Shown piece by piece: positions 1 through 10,500 of a stretch of DNA of 64,000 bases. The notes below the pieces were generated by a model that searched no databases, was not told the DNA's origin, and was given only the letters and a program-made list of their open reading frames with translations. The first letter of the stretch is position 1, and each line of letters begins with the position of its first letter. This DNA comes from Octopus sinensis. Lineage: Eukaryota. A program made the position numbers and the translations under genes. The DNA lies in assembly GCF_006345805.1 (NCBI RefSeq), contig NC_043005.1:34534001-34598000 (forward strand), in the 5' to 3' direction.

Positions 1-1840
1 GGACACAATTCAAAGGTCCCGGTCTTAAATCCAAGAATGTTTTAGCTCCTCATGCATCATTCTATTGATATCATAACCACGAAAAAAAGAATTTGTTCCT
101 TATTTGCTCAAGAAAAGGATTTGGTTTATTATCCTTTATTTTCTACTTGTTTCAGTCATTAGATTGCAACCATACTGGGGCATCACCTTGAAGAATTTTT
201 AGTTGAATGAATCGACCCCCAGTACTTCATTTTTTTTAAGCCTTACTTATTCTATTGGTCTCTTTTGCCAAACCACTAAGTTACAGGGATGTAAACAAAC
301 CAACACTGGTTGTCAAGTGGTGATGGTGGTGGTGGTGAAACACACACACACGATGAGCTTCTTCCAGCTTCCATCTACCAACTCCACTCACAAAACTTTG
401 GTTGCCCCAAAGCTATAGTAGAAGACACTTGCTGAAGGTGCCATGTAGCAGGACAAAACCTGGAACCATATGGCTAGGAAGCAAGCTTCTTAGCACACAG
501 CCATACCAGCACCTGTTGTACAGATCCATCAGGACTAATAGAAAAGTTTGACAAGTTACAGCCCCGATGAATGGAAACTCTTTATTGACTCTTCAAAGAG
601 GTGTTTTAAAGCTGTTCCACTACATAATGATAATAAATATGCTTCTGTCCCTGTTGGTGATCATGAAGGAAACATGAAAATTTAGTTTCACTCTGAATCA
701 AGATTAAATACAAGGATCACAACTGGATGATTTGCAATGACTTGAAAATAATTTGTGTGTTGCTGGACAACAGTTAGGCTACACAAAATTTCCTTGTTTC
801 TTGTGTGAATGGGGTAGTAGAGCCAGGAACCTCCATTGGTTGAAAAAGAATAGCCAAATAGATATATGCTTATGCCAGGAACAAAGAATATCCTTCAAGA
901 AAGTATGGTTGATCCAAGAAGGGTTCTTTTGTCTCCTCTTGGGTCTCATGAAGCAATTGATAAAAGATTTGCCTCAAGATGGAGAGGGCTTCAAGTACTG
1001 AGCAAGTTTCCTGCTTTAATCAGGTGCTATGGTTGAAGAGGATATATTTGTAGGCCCAAATATAAAGAATCTCATCAAAGATGAACATTTTGAAAACTCT
1101 CTTAGTGATTTAGAAAAAGATGCAAGGATTAGTTTTAAAGATGTAATGAAGAACTTCTTAGGTAATCACAAGGATCCAAACTACAAAGACGTAGTGGTAA
1201 GAATGCTGGGAAAAGTTCAAAGCCTTAGGATGTAAAATGAGTATTAACCATTTTGATACCAACCCACCTGAAACAAACTCTAGCTTTATACTACAAATAT
1301 GTTGTTTTCAAAAGTTCTGAATTAAAATCTTCCCCCAAACCTTAGTCACAATTTATGATCCTAACACTAGCTGAATGATAACTAAGTTATTTTACTAAAT
1401 TCTTTGTTATATTTAAAATTTATTGAAAGAAACACAGAGCATCTCAACAGAAATATGGTAACAAAAAGGTAAGTTCATTTCCTACATGCTCATTTGGATT
1501 TCTTTCTGGAAAATCTTGGAGATGTGAGTAAGGATTTTGAGGTGCTGAATCTAAAAAATGAACACACCATTGCAAAAATTTATTTTCTCATCTTTCAATT
1601 GCATTTGTGCCTTTATATTTTGCTAAATAAGGTATCAAATTCATCTTTATTACTTTCATTTTGTCCTATCAATGTGGATTTACCTACAAATTATGATATA
1701 TTTTATCATTAAATTGATAGAAAACTTTGGGTAAAAGTGAAGAGCATTTTTGATATTTCCAGTCAGCACCACAACAATGTATAAAGTAACATTGAATTAT
1801 CAAAACAATTTTCAAAATGTCCCATTTTGCAAACCCATGT
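1..1840 (+). mobile_element. Chapaev3-like (CMC/Transib-related) DNA transposon fossil with nested insertions
   Basis: Frameshifted transposase motifs WKLFIDSSKR, CNDLK, QQLGYTKFPCFLCEW, LGLMKQ, IFVGP, NFLGNHK, KVHFLHAHLDFFLENLGDVS; interrupted by a SINE (~132-512) and a TTAA MITE (1248-1469). Family name from motif recall. Confidence 0.75.
1248..1469. mobile_element. piggyBac-like TTAA MITE family A (related copies ~17444-17630, ~57100-57280)
   Basis: TTAA-CCATTTTGATACC...GGTAACAAAAAGG termini; splits the transposase codons MSI|KVH. Confidence 0.65.
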
Positions 1841-2199
1841 TATCAAAAGATTTCAGCTAATCCCTTAAAAAATTACTGAATGTCTAACCAAATCTCTCTC
1901 TAACTACTAAGCATCTATTTCTTTAAAAACAAAATGTAGATCTACAACTTCCAAAACAAGGTCTCATCCTGATTTACCCCATCAGTTTCCTATTTCACAA
2001 CTAATTTTCCCATTGCAAGTATTCATCATGTCTTCCTTTTATTTCATTCCTGTTGTCTTTATCCATAAGAATGATTCTGTTGGAAACATGGAATACTCCA
2101 CTTGCCACTGCAATTTTGCAGTACTTTTTCCGTTGTTTGTTTTCAATAAGTCTCATTGATGCAGACCACCATCAGTTACATGCTGTTCATGTTTAGAAG

Positions 2200-2790
2200 G
2201 GAGGGCCAATATTTTCCTGTTATGTATAGTGATTGTATATTTTTTTGCTGTTGAAGGAGACAGCATTGACTCCATTGGATTCATACCTGTCATTAAAAAG
2301 GACGCACTTGATGGCACTACTCCCTCACTATTCAATGGTGCACCCTCAGTTTACAAAAATCTTCCTGCAGTACAAATTAGTGCCCACCCAGAATATTCTG
2401 AAGCACCCCCTAACACCAAAGTCTAGTGATGGGCATGATTGGACTGTCATGGTCTTTGTTCATAGGAATGGTAGAGTGAGGTGGAGAAGGTTAGGGAGGT
2501 GCCATCTGTATAAAAGTAAGCATTGTTGGAGATGATGGCCAATAAGTTGATTTTGCTTAGAAGAAAAAGTGTTAGGAACAAAACCAAATCTTGTGGTAAT
2601 CCCCAGTTTCACGTGGATCAGAAAGGGTTCCAATTGCACATCTTGCAAACGTCTGATCTGACAAGAAGTCATCAATTCAAGAAAAAAGAGACAAATGATG
2701 GGTGGGCAGTGTTTCCAGATTTATTTGTTAAACATAGCCTTGTTGTTGCTTTTGAAATTAGCAAATCCAACAATCACCAAATTTATTGAG
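2200..2790 (-). pseudogene. Highly decayed CR1/Jockey-group LINE RT fragment
   Basis: Minus-strand LPQDLVLFLTLFLL..INLL...SNN.YFYTDG resembles PQGSVL.P.LFL..IND...YADD. Confidence 0.5.
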
Positions 2791-2799
2791 GATGAGACC

Positions 2800-3110
2800 C
2801 ATTGATGAGTGACGTAAGTGAATGTATAAGTTGATGGTAGCAGGAAAACATGCAGTGAGAAGAATTTCTGAGCGTCAACGTCAGACGAAAAAGGACATAA
2901 TATAACAATGATCCGTCGTTAAACTGTACTGATAGGAGGATATTGTGCACGTTTGAACTGATTAATTAACCAATGGTAGGAGTTAATACATATACGCTAT
3001 TGGATAAGAGTAAGAGAGAGAGAGAGAGAAAGGAAACCGTAAGAAAGAGAAGGAGAAAAGATTTTGACAGTTAGAGTTAGCTCCCTTATAAGAAATTACT
3101 AATATGGCGC
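2800..3110 (+). promoter_or_regulatory. Putative IFT46 promoter/5'UTR
   Basis: CpG-retaining segment before the ATG; CRE-like TGACGTAA 2810-2817, CCAAT 2970-2974, ATTGG 2999-3003, YY1-like AATATGGCG overlapping the start codon. Confidence 0.5.
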
Positions 3111-3145
3111 TTCCTCCCAAACTTGATACTTCGGCTGCTACTAAG
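3104..3145 (+). CDS. IFT46: IFT46 exon 1 (MALPPKLDTSAATK)
   Basis: ATG in AATATGGCG context after a CpG-retaining region; donor AAG|GTAAAT; phase 0 matches the next exon. No homology support. Confidence 0.75.
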
Positions 3146-6100
3146 GTAAATAGTCCTTATAATATATTATTATAATTTACAAACTATTGCAACTTCACTA
3201 CGTCGTACAATACCTTCGTTATTTATTTCGGGAAAAAAATCTGAAAATTTACCTTTATTTCAACTCGAAATTGTTCTGTTTTATTTTATACTTAACTTTT
3301 CTTGTAGTTAACTCCGAAGTATCTAATGTCAACAAAGTTGTTGCTATCTTCAGAAAATATAGGGCAACATTAAATCTACGCTTATACACACACACACTTA
3401 TATATATAAGTACATATATACGTAGTATTAATAAAATAAATGGAATAAAAGATTTTATTTAGTACGACACATGTTTCAACTTATACATTTTGTATAATTG
3501 GCAAGACTTCCTTTTGTACTCCACCCCCGCAAAAAAAAAAAAAAAACCCTTTCCATATATATGAAAACATTTGTATTGTAACTTTTGTATTATGCGTTAC
3601 TAATATACACCAGGACAATGCGGCGAGCTGGCAAAATCATTAACACTCCAGACATAATAACTAGCGGCATTTCGTCCATCTTTATGTTCTAAGATGAAAT
3701 TCCGCAGAGGCCTACTTTGCCTTTCATTCTTTCGGGATCGATAAAACAAGTACCAGTTGATCACTGTTGTCGATGTAATCGACTTACACCCACCCGGAAA
3801 TTGCTGGCCTTGCACCAAAATTTGAAACCAGTATACACTAAGACATAGTCTGCCTTGACTTTGCTAAGGCTTTCAACTCTGTGCCACACAAAAGGCTTAT
3901 GGTGAAACTCTCTGCAATGGGTGTGAGGGATGACCTTTTTAACTGATTGAAATCCTTCATTCTCAACCGAAAGGAGGTAGTCACAGTTCTAGGACAGCAT
4001 TCTACACCATATGAGATGTCATCGGGTGTACCACAGGGATCTGTCCTTGGTCCCCTCTTGTTTGTGGCATACATTAATGACATAGATGCAAATTTAAAGA
4101 ATGCCTCAGTATTAAAATATGCAGACGACATCAAGCTGTACCTTGAAATCAAGAGGACAGATCCTGTTGTCTACAGCTCTTTCCTGCAATCAGACCTGGA
4201 CACAATGCAGCAATGGATCACAGACTGGCAACTGAAACTGGCTGTGAACAAGTGTACCACCATGCATTTTGGGAGAAAAAACCCTGCGTCCACATACTCC
4301 CTCCACAACACTGATATCAAGAAATCCTTTTGCGAGCGTGACCTAGGCATCACTGTCAGCAGTGATTTGCGTTGGACAAAGCATATCTCTAAATTTGTCA
4401 AGAAGACCGAGGGTGTCTTGGCATCACTCAGCAAGACTTTTGTTAACTGCTCTCCAGCCATCTATTTAAAACTGTATACAGCTATGGTACGACCACATTT
4501 GGAATTCGCATCATCAGTTTGGAACCCCTATCTTGCTCAGAACATTGACCTCCTGGAATCTGTTCAGAGACGTGCAACCAAACGCATACCCTCCATCAGA
4601 CACCTACCATATTCTGAGCGCCTTGTTTCCCTGGGCATGGATTCACTGAAGCTCCGGCGTCTGGCGACGGACTTGGTGAACGCCCACAAAGTTGTCAACC
4701 ACCTCACCAATAACAACACTGAACACCTTTTTGATCTCCATGTGTCTAACACACGTGGACATGCCTACAAAGTCAGAAAACAACACAGTTCCCATGACTT
4801 TCGGAAACATTTCTTCACGCTCAGAGTTGCTGAAGCATGGAATAAACTGCCTGCGTCAGTTGTTGACTGCCATGACACTGCATCCTTTAAGGCCCTCATG
4901 CTTTCCGAAATCCGTCGAAACTACACCTGATTATATATGCACTTTAGATGAGTTGTAGTGCACCTGAGCACTGTACACAATGTTTATTATTGTTATTATT
5001 ATACAGGATGGGGAAGCAAAACTTGCAAAATTGCTGTAACATTTGAAACTTTCTCATTGCACGTCAATAGGTTTGGTAATTAAAAAATAGGTTAATAACA
5101 TTCACGTATAAATACAAAGCGAATAATTTATTCTATGTGGCTTGCAATGATGGCCTCCACACAGTCCTGGAACCCTGGTCAACACACCGAACATCCTCAT
5201 AGGCATTGCAGCCTTCAGAGAATTGATGTTGGGGTGGGAGGTTTTGTAGACGGCATATCAAAAATGCCCCACATGAAATAGTCCAGAGGATTGAGATCTG
5301 GGCTAGATAGAAGTGGGCCAGAAAGTAGCAAAGTTGGATTTGTAGAAATTCTGTACCTTCTTAGTGGTATGGCTGGGAGCACCATTCTGGGTCTACACGT
5401 TGTTGCCCTGTTGATAAGAGATTAAAAGTATAGAGGAATAGAGATAGGTGTCTAGCTGTAGAGGAGATACATGGATATACCAGTTGGAAAAGAAAGGAAA
5501 GGAGAATGAGTTAGAGAGTAAGACAAAGAGAGTGGGTGAGTCAGAGTAAGATTGAAAGTGCAGAAGAGATGGTGGCAGTGATGTGCTGGGACATGCTGTC
5601 AAGGGACAGAGGGGATGATGAGAATAGATGAGGTGATACAGAGGTTTGGACTGGATGAGTAGGCAGGTGGATAGAAATAACAGTAGTAAGTGATGGAGAG
5701 ATATATAAGAGTGACTTGGGGGCATGGGTTGCAATAGATTGTGAAGTGAAGGCAATTAGTGAGGTGTTGATGATAAAGAAGGCACAGGCAAGTGGTGATT
5801 GGTAGAGGCAGCATGCAGGGGAAAATATGTAGTTGGGGTGGGAGAAAGAAATGGAAGTGGTTGGGGTGGGAGAAGGTAACCCACATCTACCAAAATATTG
5901 CTGTCAGCAAGAGTAATATCAACTCATAGCTACCAAAATATTGTTGTCAGCTGCAACAATGTAACTGAAAAGGCTAAGTTTATGTTGATGGTAGTGAGGC
6001 TTACTGAACCGAGAGAATGGTAGTGAAATCAATAACTTCTGAGAACATTAATGTTAGTAGTGCTGTTGTTGTTTAACCTAAGGCCTGCTCCGATCAAGTA

Positions 6101-7473
6101 AACATAGGATCAAAGTTGTTCTACCTGTGAAGATCCAACCTCTTTTAAGACATGCTCTATATACTACAGAAACTGAAAGATTCTAGCAAATCACACCAAA
6201 ATCTGCCAAATAGCGCTTTATTTAGAAACTATATAATAGCTATATCCTTTACAGTTACTATGTATAGGTAGTATAAAAATGAAAAGTGTTTGTGAGTATG
6301 TCACTAAAAATTTCCTGGTGCATCCTAGAGAAAAACAGATTTGATTTTCAAAATCCGTATCCTAAGGAGAGAGTTTTTGGTTAATAGTAATCAAAAACTA
6401 TAATTTGCTATGAGAAATAACTCAACAACCATATCGTCAACATTGAATTTTTTAGAAGCTACCATCTTAAACTCATATTTACCTGGGTATGTGTACATTG
6501 GTATATATATATATGTGTGTGCGTGTGTTGCATCCTATAGCTGTCTGTCTATCTACCTCTGTCTATCGGTCTCTCTCTGTCTTTTACATTTTTCCTTTCT
6601 TTATATATATTTACCACACTCCCTCTCTGTATATGTATATCTCTCATGCATGATTTCTCACTCTCTCTCTCTTGATATGACATGAAATGCAAATCACTCA
6701 CAGGAGATGAGTGTCTGTCTATGTACTTCTGTCTATTTCCATACTTGTCTCTCCCTCTGTCTTTTACATTTTTGTCATTGTGAACTTCCACCTCTCTCTA
6801 TATTTACCACACACTCTCTCTCTCACCCTTTCTCTGTATATGTATATCTCTCACACTGAGTGTGTGTATGTTTGTATATGTATGTATGTCAGTGTGTGTG
6901 TATGCATGTGCATATGAATTTCATTAAGGTGACAGAGTTGAAAAACTCTCACAAAGCATCAGCAGTGAGCTTAGGAGACACCTGAATAGAGAAGGAATAA
7001 ACTTGATAATATGCAAACATAGGCTTCTCATATGGTCTCAGGAGATACCTGAACATAGGATCCATTGATTAGATGATAAACGCACAAGAACCTGCATCGC
7101 ACAGATTCAGGAAGTGATGGCCCATTTCAATTCAGACAACTTCAATTTCCTGTGAGTCTTAGTTTTGTCTCAGCTGTCAACAAATCGCAAGGGCAAAACA
7201 TTTTTGGTTGCTGGTTAATACCTTGAAGAGCCCTGCTTCACCCATGCTCAACTTTACATAGTAAGAAGTAAGAAAGATCTTTACATCTATGCACCAAATG
7301 GAAAAGTAAAAAACTTTGTTTGTTGCAACCTTATAAATACCAAATAATGCGCAGAAATTTGTCCTGATCAACAGGCTTATCCATTGGAGAAAACATGGTT
7401 TGACAAGGAATAGAAATAACTGAAATAAAGGAATTCTATTGTGGAAATTGCTCCGCAATGACACGCTAGTGTG

Positions 7474-7558
<85 letters not shown>

Positions 7559-10500
7559 GTGACGCATATTTGCCATTTGAATATGGCTAACCCCTAAGGG
7601 TGGATGCTACTGTAGTTTGTAGCTCCAGGAAGATATCTCCTCCAGCTGGCTATAGACACACTATCTGTACCTTATCAGTATTTGTGAAGGGAAGTCATCC
7701 TTCCCGTCTTCAACTTATGATACACACGGACTCGAGTTTCAAGGTGTTTACCTATCATCAGCGTGTGACAATCATAGTTGTCGATGAGAATTCAGTTTCC
7801 CTCACAAATACATATACTTTTTCCAGTGTCGATTGACACTGATATTGAAAAAGTGAAATCAAACAATGATAAATCTCAGAGCGAGTTTGTCAATCGACAC
7901 TGGAAAAAGTATATGCATTTGTGAGGGAAACTGAATTCTCGTTGACAACTATGATTGTCACATAAAGATGAAACAGAGAAACTGCCAGAAAAAATATACT
8001 AAATATTACATAAAGAGCACTTTTCTCATGCTTTTCAGGCCCAGCTTCATCAGAACCAGCCGTATGATGAATCTCTGGAGGTTCCTGATGCTGATGATGT
8101 TCCTAGTACCTATACTCCAACACCAAGATCACATAATCCTCTTGGTAAGTCAGCTGTTTATGCTTTTTAAAGTCATGTCATACCTGTTACGATGCAATGA
8201 CACTTTAATTTCACTAGCTTGTTGATTTACGGGTGTGGGTGTGTTTTTGTTTGTGTGAGTGTGTGTCTGATGTATTTTCTATCATTTTCATTTACACTCA
8301 AACTGAATATATGTAAATGATAATGATGGGCCATACACCACATACACACACACACACACAGTACATGGGTGACTGCATAAAGTATTGGACCACTATCTCA
8401 CAGGTCTTGGATTCGACTCCATACAGGTATTGCCTTGTTCAATATTTGGGGGATGGTGAGGCAGGAGCCCTAATTTACCATATTTCAGTTACTGTAAATT
8501 GGCAGAGACAAAAATCTTCCAGTATTTATTTACATCTCTTTAGGTCAGTCATGGACAACCTGTGGCCTGTAGGACTTTCTGAATAGCATCTTCACTGAAA
8601 AATGACCTTAAATTTTTTTTGTAGTAGTGTGGCCCACCTGATGATGAGTCGTGTCTCATGTGGTCCACTTTTCGAAAAAGGTTGCCTATACCTGGTTTAG
8701 GTTCTGAGTTCAAATCACATTGAGGTTCACTTAACTTTCACCTTGTCGAGTTTGATAAAATAAGTAACCATGTTGTACTAGGGTCAAAGTTATAAACCAG
8801 TTTTCCTATTCCCTATCTTTCAGGTCGGATATCAAACCCTGGCATTGACCAGTCTGGGAGTCCCCACTTACTGGCCACCTCGACTGAAGATGCCAAGGTC
8901 AGTGGAGTTTTTTTTTTGTTATTACTTCCATTTAAAACTTGCTGATGTTTTCAGTGGAGAAACAATTGATATTGAGTGTTATTTATTCAATTCATTAATC
9001 AATTATCTATTTAATTATTCATTCATTTATTTATCTCTGATTTGTTGAACAGAAGCTTCTTGGTAAATCTTTAGGCAGAAGCAGTAATTTATCTGATGAT
9101 GATGATGATGGTTCTGATCTGAGTGATGATGATGATGACGATGAAGAAGTACATATTGAAGGGTAAGTCTTTCTTAGTATTTGATGTCACTTAGTTTCCT
9201 CAAGACATAACAATTCAATCAGATGAATTCTGAGCAATAGGACGCAAAATTTGTGCCAGGACTAAGTATTTCTTGCTTCTTGCCATTTAACAGCAGCATA
9301 CTTGAAGAGTTTAAAGCAAAATTATATAAATTTATCGATAATCTAAAAGCAGAACCCCTGTAAAATATACAAGCAACATTGTAAAAAAGTCCCCCTCTGA
9401 CAGGAGTTAGTGTCATTTGGTCTGTACAGCATTATCATCTATTATATCAAAAGGGTAAGTAGATTCATGTATTTTGAGGCTGTTAGATTATCAACAGAAA
9501 TTCTTTGGCTGTTGGCTGGATCCTATACTTTTAAGTAGATTTAGCTATCAGGTAATTGACTGAAAAAGAACCACCATTGGCCAATCATCTGAAGGTTTGT
9601 GTGTTAAAATTCTGTCACATGCTTAGTACTGTGGTCTCAAAATATTTTAAGTTTATGTTGCTTTAATATCAATCAAAGACTGAAGAAAGAATTTATTCAA
9701 TGACCAATAATTGCATTGTTCAATACTTCAAATAATAGTGATCTGTTTTTAGGTGAGTCTTCAGTTATGTTACACTTGATTCACCACTACCCCACCCACC
9801 CCACCTTCCTCCTGACTCACTCCAATATTTTACAATCCTTTCTCCATGACTTCTTCATAACAAAATAGTCAACACTCATATTGGTTATGTTACATAGGGA
9901 TCAGCCATCAGCAAAGACTTCTAAAAAATAGCAGAAAAATCTCCTTAAATCACACCCTATGTTATTAACAAACAACACATTGAACAATATGGTCCTGTGG
10001 TAAATAGAATATGTCTTAAAAATTGTCTGCATGGTCAAAGATGGAATGTCTTTAATCATAGGCCTGCTTGAATAGGGCAGGTCTTATGCTAAAAGAGAAT
10101 AACGATTACAACAACAACATTCATGCTATCAGTGGTTATTGATTTCACCTTCATTCTCTCAGTTCAGTTAGTTTCAATACCAACAACAGAAACTTGGCCA
10201 TATTAGTTTCATTGCTGTAACTTATAACAATATTTTGGTAGCTGTTAACCAACTTTACCCAAACCATCTCTCATATTTTATTAAGGACTGGTTGTTGACT
10301 TCCTTTTATAAAATCCAATGCATTGTTTCTTCAACAGAGCATATGATCCAGCTGATTATGATAATCTCCAGGTGAGCTCGGATATTAAAGATTTATTTGA
10401 ATATATCTCAAGGTAAGAATCAAGAATTATACATTATTTTTGCCATGTTTTTATTTCTTTTCTAAAGAATGCAGAAAGGAATCTTGTTAATATAGAAGTG

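Noticed and set aside
2030-2790. Divergently transcribed gene sharing the IFT46 promoter
   Set aside because: Minus-strand translation matches a decayed LINE RT; no coherent exon structure.
2800-3400. RFX X-box expected for a ciliary gene
   Set aside because: Only half-sites (GTTGCT ~3341, GGCAAC ~3363) with the wrong spacing; no canonical palindrome seen.
9094-9143. (GAT)n tract as an RTE/SINE tail or CTGATGA ribozyme box
   Set aside because: It is the poly-Asp coding tract of IFT46 exon 4, bounded by valid splice sites.
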